A DNA stretch of 37,005 nt from Octopus bimaculoides. Taxonomy: Eukaryota. The translations under genes were made by a program, and so were the position numbers. Position 1 is the first letter of the stretch. Each line of letters starts with the position of its first letter. This document shows, one piece after another, positions 24,131 to 36,944 of the stretch. The notes beneath the pieces are model-generated. The model was not told the DNA's origin. It worked only from the letters and a program-made list of their open reading frames with translations, and ran no database searches. The DNA is taken from positions 48,740,527 to 48,777,531 of the forward strand of contig NC_068985.1 in the NCBI RefSeq assembly GCF_001194135.2, in the 5' to 3' direction.

Positions 24131-26448
24131 TATACCGATGCATAGATTCACACACATCAACCGAGAGGAATTTTGAAGCTCAAAGGAAAAGAAACAAATG
24201 AAAACTAAACAGAAAACCAAAACCTGGAAAGAAAAAAACGTGTAAAGAAAACTATATACGCTAAACTTATATTTACAACAACAGTTCCTGAAACAACTCA
24301 AACTGTTGCATGAACAATAGTAATTTTGTATAATTTCTTTTCCTACCAACGTATTTTTGTCAAACAATTACATATATAAAGAATAACATATTTTCATTTA
24401 CTCATGAAGAATTATATTCTTTTAGCACCACCTATCAACGTTTTCATTTTTTTTTTCTTGCTGCTGTTGCTGTATATTTTTTTTATGTGTGTGTGTATGT
24501 GTGTGTTCTCCTTCTGCTCCATCTTTTTTTCCCTTCCTTCATCTTCAATAAATAATTGTCAATGGAAATTGTGTTCAACTCCTGCAAATATGGCCCCAAA
24601 CACTAATTGGAGATAATACAAGCGGAAACTGTACCAATTCAGCTGAAAGTGCCATGGCAGCTGGGATATTTTCCATAAGTCTTTACATGAACTTAAGAGT
24701 TTTTGTTGAGTTTTTTTTTGTGTGTATATGTGTGTGTGTGTTTATTAACCAGGCCTTTTTGTTTTTGGTGTTTTTGTCGTTATTTATTTTCTCAATTTGT
24801 CTTCATTTTTATGTATGTATATGTATATATATATATATATATNNNNNNNNNNNNNNNNNNNNNNNNNNNNNNNNNNNNNNNNNNNNNNNNNNNNNNNNNN
24901 NNNNNNNNNNNNNNNNNNNNNNNNNNNNNNNNNNNNNNNNNNNNNNNNNNNNNNNNNNNNNNNNNNNNNNNNNNNNNNNNNNNNNNNNNNNNNNNNNNNN
25001 NNNNNNNNNNNNNNNNNNNNNNNNNNNNNNNNNNNNNNNNNNNNNNNNNNNNNNNNNNNNNNNNNNNNNNNNNNNNNNNNNNNNNNNNNNNNNNNNNNNN
25101 NNNNNNNNNNNNNNNNNNNNNNNNNNNNNNNNNNNNNNNNNNNNNNNNNNNNNNNNNNNNNNNNNNNNNNNNNNNNNNNNNNNNNNNNNNNNNNNNNNNN
25201 NNNNATATATATATTCAGGTTGGTCTTCTCGCTTTATTTCTTCGTTCTTTTTCATAAGAGTTTGATTCTCTGGAATTTTTTTTTACACTCATTATTTCTT
25301 TCTTCAATGCAACATTTATGTCTACAGCACAGTAAATAAGCAAATAGAGAATATTTTGTTATCATTATTATTATCGAAATGACGGTGGGTGGAAGATCGA
25401 CAGAGCTGAGGGCAACACTGTTGGCGGAGAAGGCCAAGTCTTTCGAGGAGAAAATATCTGGCAGTAGATGCAGAAACAGTGGAGGACAAAGTAGATGGCA
25501 TCCAATGCTGAATCAGTAGAGGACCTAAGGGCTGTTGTTGGATATAGGATCGCTGGAGGAGTAGCTTGATTGTGGTATATGGAGGATCCTTGGGGGATAA
25601 AAAAAAGTATAATGGTGGACGAAGATTCTCTGGAGATGAAGAGAATGACAGTGTTTGAAGAAACGGTTTGAAGAAAGTAGGATGACAATGGATTAGTATC
25701 AGTAGAATCAGTGGATAAAAATAGGATGACAGTGAATGAAGAACGGGAGGAGGAAATTATGATGACAGTGCATGAATACTTGACGGTAACAGACTAAACT
25801 GATGAAGGTATTCTAGAAGCATGCATACGTTCTGTTTTCAAATGACATGGAAGTTACCTTCGCCTTCCAATGTCATGAGGTTGATGAAACAAAAATACCA
25901 GCTATGTATTGTGGTTCATTTACTCTGCCGACATCCTTCTGTCATTCTGCCTGCGTTATACACAATTTGTAGGTTGCTGTTTATTTTTCTGTTGTTGCTA
26001 CTTAATCTCACTTTAAATCTAATTTGTTCAAAGATCTCTAGTCGTTAAAATGCAATCATTTTAAATTACTTTGATATGATGGTAGCTTCCCGTAGTCCGA
26101 GAAAGACAGTCCTGGAATATCTTGCTGAGCAAGCTGCACAAATGACACACACACACACACACACACANNNNNNNNNNNNNNNNNNNNNNNNNNNNNNNNN
26201 NNNNNNNNNNNNNNNNNNNNNNNNNNNNNNNNNNNNNNNNNNNNNNNNNNNNNNNNNNNNNNNNNNNNNNNNNNNNNNNNNNNNNNNNNNNNNNNNNNNN
26301 NNNNNNNNNNNNNNNNNNNNNNNNNNNNNNNNNNNNNNNNNNNNNNNNNNNNNNNNNNNNNNNNNNNNNNNNNNNNNNNNNNNNNNNNNNNNNNNNNNNN
26401 NNNNNNNNNNNNNNNNNNNNNNNNNNNNNNNNNNNNNNNNNNNNNNNA

Positions 26449-26505
26449 CGATCTCGCACTCACGGGTGCCACACTTTACCTTATCCACTAGGCCATGCAC
26501 CCGCA
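26449..26505 (-). mobile_element. tRNA-like SINE head remnant abutting a gap
   Basis: Minus strand GCGGGTGCATGGCCTAGTGGATAAGG contains an A box (TGGCCTAGTGG). Confidence 0.45.
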
Positions 26506-26847
26506 TGATAATCTGAATTCAAATTAGGGAAGACATTATCAAGCATAAATGAAATAAAGTCTCAGATGCAGCACGGAATTTTGTCAGTGAACAGGTCGCG
26601 GTCTCAAAGCGACGAAAATATTTTGACAAATTAAATTTAAATGTTGAAGTGCATCTAACGTTTTTTGTGTGTTTCTTAAATGGCTTATAAACACCCTCCA
26701 AGCTGCAATTGTTTAAATATTAAAATAGAAAATAAAATTTTAAATTATTATCATAAATTCAAACAAAGATTTTTGTTTCAATGTAAGGCTGATTTGTTCC
26801 TAATGGCTACAGCATGTACACATGTATCTTCATCTTTTTTTTTTAAT

Positions 26848-27045
26848 TGTTTCAATCATTCGACTACGGCCATGTTGGGGCACCGCCTTGAAGAATTTTA
26901 GTCGAATGAATCGACTCAGCGCTTAATGTTTTTAATTATCGTTCTTATTCTTTCGGTGTTTTTTGCCGAACCGCTAAGTTTTGGGGACGTAAACACACCA
27001 ATACCGGTTGTCAAGCGGTGGCGGTGGACAAACACAGACACAAAG
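26848..27045 (-). mobile_element. SINE family C, 3' half
   Basis: TGTTTCAATCATTCGACTACGGCCATG...GCCGAACCGCTAAG...GTAAACACACC, similar to 34853-35033. Confidence 0.85.
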
Positions 27046-27362
27046 TCACACACACACACACACACATACATAGGTAATTTATACATAAATTACTCATAAA
27101 TTTATATTGCATACCGACTACCTGATAAAAATCATTAACGTGATTTTATCCTTATATTCTAGTATGAATTAATATATACAAACATACAAATATATATATA
27201 TATATATATATACACTAGACTACCCATGATCCGTTGGGTTACCGGAAAGTCTGTTTCCCGGCAACGAATTGTTTCGTGAGGGTTTTTTCCAGGTTATTTC
27301 GCATGCTTTCAACGAATGTGACATTGAAATCACACGTAAACAGCTCCTTTCCCCAGAAAAGG

Positions 27363-27481
27363 AAAGATTTGGCTGCTATTTCCCACACGCCCTGTTACCA
27401 CGTAACAAGTATTTCGGTTCCTTTATCACAAATAGCCGTCACGTGGTAGCAGGGCGTGCCAGAAATAGTAGCCAAACCTTT
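27363..27481. repeat. 44-bp imperfect inverted repeat with 31-nt spacer
   Basis: Arms 27363-27406 and 27438-27481 pair at 37 of 44 positions (Watson-Crick). Confidence 0.85.
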
Positions 27482-28064
27482 GGCAGTGAGTTAAGTTGAA
27501 TACACTCGGAAAAAAACCTATGAAAAGAAATTATTTCACACCGAGTTTACGAACGGGTCTTTTACGAAATATTTACCGTATTTTTAAAGTCACTTTCACT
27601 TTAAAGTATGTTTTAAATATGCCCCCAAAAATTTGTAATGGTATTCACTTGAAAATAATTTTTAAAAAACATTAAAATATTGTCTGTTTAAAGAAATCTA
27701 ATATATATATACTTACTGTAAAAACAACTTACATTTTTGAAATCACATTCACTTAAAAATATCTCTAAATGATTAAAATATTGTGTTTAACAAAAGCGAA
27801 AATCGAAACATTTACTGTAAAAAAATCAAATCGTACTTTTCTATTGTCAAATCATTGTCTAATCGAAAGGTTAGAGTTTCTTCCCGTTCAGGATGAAGTT
27901 ATATTCGGAACATTTTCACATTATGCACCAGTTTGACTGAGTAACATCGCAAGCACAAGCAAGATTCAGACTGACTTTTAAAGTATTATAGATGCACACA
28001 CACAGACACACACACNNNNNNNNNNNNNNNNNNNNNNNNNNNNNNNNNNNNNNNNNNNNNNNNN

Positions 28065-28114
<50 letters not shown>

Positions 28115-28214
28115 TGAAGAGTAAGTAGGCATTGAAAATTAGTAATAAAATCCATATTCCTTTAACAAATTTGTTGAAACACGGCTATAGTTTCTGAGGT
28201 TATAGAACAAACTT

Positions 28215-28290
28215 GTGCAAGGTGCCACACAGTGGGACTGAACCCAACCATGTGGTTGGGAAGCAAACTTCATACCATACAGCTACCCCT
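28215..28290 (-). mobile_element. SINE family C head fragment
   Basis: CAAGGTGCCACACAGTGGGACTGAACCCAACCATGTGGTTGGGAAGCAAAC matches the reverse complement of the 10500 head. Confidence 0.8.
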
Positions 28291-28367
28291 CCCACACACA
28301 CATACATACATATACACACACTCACAAATACATGTACATACATACATACATGCTCACAAATGCACAA

Positions 28368-29100
28368 AGAATCATGTACAATTACGCGTACACAAACATT
28401 CATGTTTTATGACATGGGAAAATGAAAGTAAATCTTTATATTACAACATATGCAACGTTTGCGTCAACCAGTTTTCTCAAATGGCCAGATATGGAATGAA
28501 CGTTGTCTGGGATATCATTGAGAACCTTCCGAATCCGTGACTCCGAGTCTTCCAGTGAGCGAAGTTTTGTCTTGTACACCTCCTCTTTTGTGTAATCCCA
28601 CAGGTAAAAATCACATGGTAAGAGATCTAGACTTCTTGAAGTTCTTGAGTTCTGGACTTCTGTAGTCACAGTCTTCAGGTTTTAGTTCATGCACGCAATG
28701 GGGTTTCCACGGACAAAAATTCAATTCTTTATGAAAAAGCGTGAGTCTTGTTAATCTATTTTCACGAGGTACTTGACGCGTTGATTTTTGAAGGCTGTGA
28801 TTAAACATTTCCTACACTGTTTCCACGTTCTCAGCTGACCGGCATGTGGTTGAACGACCACTTCTTCTTGTTTCATTCACAGAGCCTGTAGTCACCAGTT
28901 TTGCATGACAGCTTTTTATTGACTCTGGGCGTAGTGTTGTATGCATGCACTTTCCATGCATGGCACTATCTCTGAACCAAAATAATGGCATTCCACACTT
29001 CATAGCGTCCGGCCATCTGGGAAATAAGAAATAAGAAATAAGACAATTAAAAAATAGGAAATCCCTATTAGTGCTGTCTGTTTAAAAAATGTTTCCGCCA
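28368..29100 (-). mobile_element. Tc1/mariner DD41D-like transposon remnant with most of the catalytic domain deleted
   Basis: N-terminal ESIKSCHAKLVTTGSVNETRRSGRS; WKPHCVHELKPEDCDYR joined almost directly to SRSLDLLPCDFYLWDYTKEEVYKTK; the DE and QDG catalytic blocks are absent. Confidence 0.8.
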
Positions 29101-29433
29101 TGACTTCAGTGATACTAACAATTCTATAAGCAATTTCTAATGCCATGCATATATGCGCACAAGCGTACACAGAATCATGTACAATTACACGTACACAAAC
29201 ACAGATGCACACAAAATTTAACGTTTAACAAAAATGAAATTAAAACATATTTCTATTCGTACAACATAAGAAGATAAATCTAGTTTGCTTCTATTAGCAT
29301 CTCAAGTTTTGTATTTGATATTCTGTAATGTCGTTCTTTTAACCAATGCTCGTTATATAATGAAATGCAGTATGAGCTCGGGTGAAAAACGTGAGTTGTC
29401 GTGAAATGAGAACTGTAATAATCTTATGAGTAT

Positions 29434-29436
<3 letters not shown>

Positions 29437-29506
<70 letters not shown>
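29437..29506. repeat. (GT)n microsatellite
   Basis: Directly visible. Confidence 0.97.
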
Positions 29507-29511
<5 letters not shown>

Positions 29512-29936
29512 TCCTTTGGAATAAGGGATAGCTTAGCTGTTGCCACACCATTCTTCTAGGGGAGCGAAACTGATGTAAACACTGCTGTTTCATGTGATTA
29601 TTGGTTATCTCGCATCAGCCTGTCACTTGGTACTAATCATGGAGACTCAAACTGTTATACTCGCGTTGCGCAAGCGTTTATCACAATCATCCAACAATTT
29701 AAAGATTTATATGGTACCTCATTTATCATTTGTAATTTCATTTACTCAGACTCCTATGGGGATGTAGCAGTGGTGACATTTGCAGACGTAACCTGTTGGA
29801 AGAGCACAGTTACTGAGTAGCGAGATTGAATCGTCATGGAGGGAACGCTAGAAATGTCATTGACAACGAGTAAGCACAAGCAGACGGTAATCATTCGTGA
29901 AATGGCGCAATCATCTTGTTTATGTGTATGTGTTAA

Positions 29937-29988
<52 letters not shown>

Positions 29989-30054
29989 NNNNNNNNNNNN
30001 NNNNNNNNNNNNNNNNNNNNNNNNNNNNNNNNNNNNNNNNNNNNNNNNNNNATG

Positions 30055-30094
<40 letters not shown>

Positions 30095-30453
30095 AAGGTG
30101 GTGGGTAAACTAATTTATATTGCTTAAAATTATTTATGCATTTTAGCTATGATGTCTCCTATTCTGTGTTCAAACCACGGTTAAGATTTAAGTTTGCTTT
30201 TGATCACCAAGTACCGAAGTTGAGAGTTACTTGTCATCGACATATCTCTAGCATTACAGAAGCCAAATTTTCATACAGTCTCAAAGGATCTTGTGGTTCA
30301 TTGAACGAGTTATCTTTTATCTTGTTGACATCTGGTGGTTGTTTGCTTTAATTTTTCCTTTTACTTTCGTCGTAGTTATTGTTGTTTCGTTCATGATATA
30401 TTTGACTATAGAAGGTTATATTCAAATATATTGGATCCCTTAAATCTTATTTT

Positions 30454-31699
30454 TAGGTGGGCCAAAAGTCACGAAGGTGTTTGATTGTTTAATAGCTCAT
30501 TTATTTTTCGTTTTAAATTTACAATACCGTAGTACCATATACAGTATTTAGAGAAATAAATTTAGACTAATTATGAAAAATCACATCACGTAAATGGTGT
30601 TTATTTTCTACTTCGTACAACCATGCCTTTTCCAATGTGTTTTCGATGATAGCCCTTAATACTTCAGGTTCCACTACTCTGATTTCGTGCTGAATATTGT
30701 TCTTAAGCATTTGACGTATCTGAGGTTTGTTAGCATAAATTGTTTCCTTGAGATAGACCCATAAGATGTAGTCAGATTTGGAAAACGCAATAGCCAGCAT
30801 ATGCCGCAATCATTGGAAATTTTTTCTTCCCTCAAAAATATGCCTGAGCAGTTGGATTGCGGTCCTTGCTTTGTTAGGGCTGGCTCCTTCATTTTAGAAC
30901 CAGATGTCAGGTTTATTTCGATCCGCTGAAAGTTTTTAATTTTCGATCATAGACTGGTGTTCAACCCCTGTAACAATGACAGGTTTCCTATCATCGTCTT
31001 CGGAAACATATGGTCTGATCACTTCTTCTGATGTCACCCCACACCAGACCGTACACTTAAGGGGATGCAATTCCATTTGGTGAATTGCCCTAGGATTTTC
31101 CGAACCCCAAATCCAGCAGTTTTGTTCATTAATGAAGTCGTTTAAATGAAAATGTGATTCATCTGATATTATAAGCTTGCGGATAAATTCGGGATTTTTT
31201 CTTTTGCTAGTTCTTGAAATCTAACTGCATATTACAATCTGTGGGCATAATCTGGTGGCTTCACCTCCTGCACAAACTGAATTATATACGGGAAAAGGTG
31301 CAAGGTTTTCAGAATACGTCGGAGCGACGTCCAAAAGGTACCAGTCTCTGCAAACCGTCTTCACGTTGATATACTTGAGTCTTCGTCAACATTCTCCCTT
31401 ACATGTCAGTCTATGGCTTCGTTCCTAACGGAGCGGGGTCTGCTAGTTCGTGAAAGGTCGCTTACTGAATCCTCTCCCTCAAAACGACCAATGAAACGTC
31501 TAATCATTGATTCACTTGCAGAATCTCTCACACCGTAATGGCGATGATATTTTCATTTAGTTAAAATTATTGATTCTTGGTTTTGATAGTACATTTTTTG
31601 CAATTTGTGTTTCATATTCGTTCGTGAGCTTTGCTATTGTTAATCTCTAAGGTGTTCTGTATAACATTTGTAAAAAAAATAAGAGAAATTAATTTTCAA

Positions 31700-31705
<6 letters not shown>
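30454..31705 (-). mobile_element. Tc1/mariner DD41D (rosa-like) transposon, near full length, decayed
   Basis: Minus strand SDESHFHLNDFINEQNCWIWGSENP (SDES at 31166-31155), LHPLKCTVWCGVT, WF*NEGA, WLLRFPNL, LWVYLKETIYANKP, HLRDVIFHN* (stop at 30567). TIR remnant TAGGTGGGCCAAAAGTCACGAAGG at 30454; the other end fades into (CA)n. Confidence 0.88.
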
Positions 31706-31749
<44 letters not shown>

Positions 31750-32739
31750 CCCCAAAAAAATATAATATGCCGTTTCAAGGTGAGTTTCAGTCCGTGTTGA
31801 GTGCTATTTCTAACAGTTCAATCTATGACGTACAGAAACCCTCATGGACATTCAGATACATGATATGTGAATATGTACTGGAGTTTATAAATACCATACA
31901 TGCTTTCGTTTAATGAAATGAGATTTTTGTTTGAAATATTCCCATTCAAAATATCGTAGTTCTCTACGTTTGAAATATTTCTGTTTACATATCAGCAGTT
32001 AGAAATACGTCATGCATGAATTTAAAATAAATCTATGATTTCAACCATTGTTAAAAATTTCTCATGTGTAGGCCGATATTTCTTCAAGTGAAATAATGAT
32101 TTAGTGATGATCTTAAGGTGTTTTCTCAACCGTTATGCAAAGCACTGTGATGCTGTATTCAATACTTCTCGCTTGCTAATATGATATAATGCAGTTTCAC
32201 ATATCCCCGCGGAGTAGAACTTAATGACTCAACAGGTTAGCAACATCTTTAACGATTTAGGATTTCACAAATATTTCAACGAGCTACGAAATACTACATT
32301 GTTTTGGGGTTTCCATCACTAGTATTAAATGTGTGTGTATGTGTGGGTGTGTGTGTACGTATGTACATATCAATTTATCGATATGTGTGTGCGTGTTTAT
32401 ACGTTTGCATATAGGCATATAAGTATATATGTATGAATATACATGTATATTGTATGCATGCATATGTGTAAATATACATGCATATACATTATATCCACGC
32501 ATATACATATGGAATGATGAAGGTGTATATATATATATATATATATATNNNNNNNNNNNNNNNNNNNNNNNNNNNNNNNNNNNNNNNNNNNNNNNNNNNN
32601 NNNNNNNNNNNNNNNNNNNNNNNNNNNNNNNNNNNNNNNNNNNNNNNNNNNNNNNNNNNNNNNNNNNNNNNNNNNNNNNNNNNNNNNNNNNNNNNNNNNN
32701 NNNNNNNNNNNNNNNNNNNNNNNNNNNNNNNNNNNNNNN

Positions 32740-32830
<91 letters not shown>
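32740..32830. repeat. (GT)n microsatellite adjoining a gap
   Basis: Directly visible. Confidence 0.97.
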
Positions 32831-32833
<3 letters not shown>

Positions 32834-33348
32834 GGTATATGGGCGTGCATAAGTGTGATTTCATGCGCAAAAATATTTATGTATATTTTTAAATTTCATG
32901 ATTTCCGTATCTGTCGAAGTTAGCATTAAAGATTCCCAAAGCTATATATCTTTCCTTAATAGTGCGTCCAACCATATATGTATTCATATAAAGTCAGAGA
33001 GATATCCAACTATTGTATAGTTTCTGATTGTTAGATTCATTTGCTCAGTAAGCTGTTTAGCGGTGACCTCAAAATGAAATTTATACAGATTTCGGTTGCT
33101 TCTGAATATGAACTTTACATCTTGGCTTCAGGTTACACTACTTGCCGTTTAGGTTAAGATGTTCGTATTTCCAGTCAAAGTATCGGCAGTTTGCATTCTA
33201 GTTACGAAGCTAGAACATAACCAACGCAAATGTCTTCAAGTTTCAATGTCCAGTTAATCTAATATACTTGGACGTCAATAGCAAAAACGCTGGTGTACAG
33301 CAAACGAAATAAACTATTTATAAAACAGAAACTTTTTATCGTTTACAG

Positions 33349-33654
33349 CAGGGGTTCTCAAACTTTTTGGACCACCGACACCCATGGCCACATAATACCC
33401 TAAGCACCCCACCCATATTTTTGTGAATAAATAAATATTTTATATTTTACTAATTTATATTTAACATATTATATAATTTGTATACAATACTATAAAAATA
33501 TAAATTCATAGCGTCACCCAATCCACTGCCTTCCTTCCAATACCTCCTTTTTCTCTAACGCCCCTCCTCCACACCACCCCCTTAGACACCAGCGCCCACT
33601 TGGACGCTCTCAACGCCCACCAGGGTGTGGTAGCGCCCACTTTGAGAACCTATG
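33349..33654. mobile_element. hAT (Charlie-like) MITE
   Basis: TIRs CAGGGGTTCTCAAAC (33349-33363) and CTTTGAGAACCTATG (33640-33654). Imperfect 8-bp TSD GTTTACAG/TTTTACAA. Three subterminal CGCCCAC repeats near the right end. Confidence 0.8.
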
Positions 33655-34719
33655 TTTTACAAGTTGGTTCTTATCAAAATTAATAGCAAGGTCTACAATA
33701 CATCAGTGTTTCTAATCCGTTCAGAATGATCCTTTTTTCATCCACTTCATGCCATCTTATAGCGCTCCTTATATAGGATTATAGAAAGTCGCATATACAA
33801 CTGATGAAATGGACGATATGAAATAGTATTTTTTTTTTTGCAGTATCCTAACATAACTACCCTTTTATCAACTCTACAGACACTATTTAGCTTAAATAAT
33901 GAAACAAATATCAATATAGTGAAGGAAAGGCGTACTGTAACTCTAGTTCAATGAGAATCAAAATACTAGTACCAGGAACAAGCTATGATGAGTAAAAAGA
34001 CACAGAAGGGAGATCAAAATCGGAAACAATTTCATTAGACTAAATGTAAGGTGTTGGATCCATACTAGAAATCAGTGCTAATAACTTTTGTTACGGTGCA
34101 AACCAGAGGAAAAAGGAGGCAACTATAAACATTTTGCAGGGCTTCTTTCTGAGATATCTGCGGGGTAGGAAAAACAAATCAACAATTTAGCAGTGAACCT
34201 CTCACCTGAGCGTTGGTCCGAATACTTCTAACAGAATCAGTCCTGGTTAATACACCTCAAAGAGAAATGTTAGTTCATTAAACATGTCTACACAACACAC
34301 GTCACTCATATTTTTCCGATAGTAATACCAAATTTGGCTTGCAGTTTAGCTTCATCTCAATCTTACACTTACACATCATCCACCAACACTCTCAGTTATG
34401 GCCCGCTTCAATAAATTTTTCTCGTTTAGTCATATTTTCAGACATCAAAGACATGATTTCCAGATCGTTGTGGCTAACATGTCTAGCTTAATTTAAGTAA
34501 ACAAAATAAATCTGTAGTGTTTCAGCAATAATGTAGACATCATTAACATTTGTAAGGTTTTGCAGATATTGTACTGAAAAACATTGATTAAAGTTAAACT
34601 CAATCCAAGTTATTATAATGTTATGCAACTGTTAGGGAATATGTTACTTCAAGAGTCACAGAAACGACAAACAAGCGTAATAATCCATATCCATATATTT
34701 ATATGCATTTATGTAGAGA

Positions 34720-34737
34720 TAGATAAATAAATAGATT

Positions 34738-34795
<58 letters not shown>

Positions 34796-34805
34796 ATAGA
34801 TAGAT
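34720..34805. repeat. (GATA)n microsatellite
   Basis: Directly visible. Confidence 0.95.
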
Positions 34806-34852
34806 GCAAATATTTATGAATGTATAAATAGAAATTCATGTATGCTTTTATC

Positions 34853-35033
34853 TGTTTCAATCATTTGACTCCGGCCATGCTGGAGCAAAGCCTTTACCGA
34901 ACAAATCGACCCCACGTCTTATTCTTTGTAAGCAGCCTAGTACTTATTCTATCTGTGTATTTTACCGAACCGCTAGGTAAACACACCAACATCGGTTGCC
35001 AAGCATTGGTGGGGCGACAGACACAAACACACA
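34853..35033 (-). mobile_element. SINE family C, 3' half
   Basis: TGTTTCAATCATTTGACTCCGGCCATGCTGGAGC...CCGAACCGCTAGGTAAACACACCAACATCGGTTG. Confidence 0.85.
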
Positions 35034-35669
35034 AATATTTGTTATTAATATATTTAAAGCTTTAACAGTTTTCACAGTTTACACTGATTTTTAAAAAGTT
35101 CTAACAGAAAGACGTGGCTTATTTCGCATCTGCCTTGCTTCTGACTAGCGTTTGAAGCTTGCCCTATTTTTGATACGTATTCCATGGCTCAAATTAGTAT
35201 ATGTTTTGAATAAGATTTGATTAGTAGCTGATGGTCACCTGACTGGTCTTAGAAATTTTTGTTGTATACCCGCTACATCCTGTGTGTTAGTATCAAGGCA
35301 CAATGTTTGCCGTCGTAAGTTAAGGCTGACACGGTTGAATAGGAGTGGAAAGGAATCGTACGTATAAAGTCGAGTGGCTAAAATTTAGGTTAGCTGAGTA
35401 GCTTCCACATGATAATTAGCAGAATGAATTTTGTGTGTGAATAGCTATTGGTGTATGTACTCTGTTAAAGTTTGTTAAGTATAAATGTATATATATATAT
35501 ATATATATATATGCATATATGCATACAAACTCACCCATGTAACAAAGGTTTACAATATTAAAAGAATATAGATCAGTTTAGAACTACAAACACAAACACT
35601 GCCTATCGTAAAATGTTTGCGTTATTAATATTGCTAGTATTCATCACTGCATCAAATAAAATACTTCGC

Positions 35670-36305
35670 AGCATTAATGTCGGCTCTTTACGTCCGTGTT
35701 CAAGTGACACCGCGGTCTACTTTGCATCTCATACTTTGGAGGTCGATAAAGTAATTAGGAGTTGAATTAGGTCGATGTAAATAGTCAGTTTTGTGCCAAA
35801 ATTTGAATTAATTTTATCAGTATTTATACCAGCTGTTAGAATCGTTACCGCACTGGACAAAATGATTAACGGAATTTCTTCTAGTTTTACCTTCAAACTC
35901 CAAATGCAATCGTAGTCGTCTTTGTCTTTCATCCTTCCGAAGTTGGTAAAATAAGTACCAGTTAAGCACAAAGACTGATAAAATAAAGTATATCTCCCAT
36001 CCAAAATTTCAGGCTTTGTGTAGAGAGGATTATTGTCGACAAGGTTCAGTCGGAGGAGCGTTAGAACTTTAGTCTAGGAGTAGCAGCTTCATTTCCCACA
36101 ACTAATTCTTCGAATGACAGTGGGATGGCAGAATCGCAAATGCATCGGGCAATATTCCGTGTCGTATGTCTTTCGATTCTGAGTTCCATTACCGCCGAGG
36201 CCATATTTGCGTTTCCACTTTCGAGTGCAATAGTATAAAGTAACAGGTCGATATAATTGACTCATTCCCTCATTTAAAATTGCTGGCCTTGTGCCAAAAA
36301 TTAGA
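35670..36305 (+). mobile_element. Cluster of three diverged SINE family A copies (about 35670-35810, 35826-36035, 36118-36305)
   Basis: Recurring AGAATCG..., TTTCATCC/GGTCGATA core and AAAATTTCAGGCTTTGTG / AAAATTGCTGGCCTTGTGCC tails. Confidence 0.65.
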
Positions 36306-36940
36306 TGCATGGGCGCATAGACAGTGCCTTACGGAGGTGAGTAATATGCTGCATTAACTAAAACTGCATTGCCAAAGAAATAAGTTAAAAACCGAGATAC
36401 TTTTAGAAAAGTCGCCTGAGAGGACGCATCTGCAAATTTGATGCATGACGGTTGATTATATAGCATATCACCTGTACAATACCGGTGCATAATGGATCGA
36501 ATCGAACGTAGTGATTCTGAATAAAGTGTCGCATGAATTCCACTTTCTGTCTCGAAACTTTTTTGAAGATAGATAGATAGNNNNNNNNNNNNNNNNNNNN
36601 NNNNNNNNNNNNNNNNNNNNNNNNNNNNNNNNNNNNNNNNNNNNNNNNNNNNNNNNNNNNNNNNNNNNNNNNNNNNNNNNACATACATACATACATACAT
36701 GCATACATACATACATATATATACATATACTGTACATTAAAAGTTTTATCCATGACCATTAATTTTGTAACTACCCTATATCTTAATGTAAATAAAATAA
36801 AAAATATATGAATTATTTGTTATACAATTCTTTGACCTTTGAACTGTCACTTTAAACTGCATCTATATTTTTTATTTGTGCGTTCCGTATCGACTTACGT
36901 TTGCAATTTATATATAATGGATATGATGTGTGCGCGCATT

Positions 36941-36944
<4 letters not shown>

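Noticed and set aside
32105-32170. C/D-box snoRNA candidate (GTGATGA)
   Set aside because: No box D (CTGA) with a terminal stem at a suitable distance.
33798-33830. CTGATGA...GAAA spacing (CTGATGAAATGGACGATATGAAAT)
   Set aside because: No credible stem I or stem II; expected by chance in AT-rich DNA.
33900-34560. Possible LINE RT fragment on the minus strand (VFGPTL); similar weak coding-like hints at 21680-22080, 35100-35430 and 36330-36560
   Set aside because: Single weak motifs with no continuous frame, so they cannot be classified without a search.
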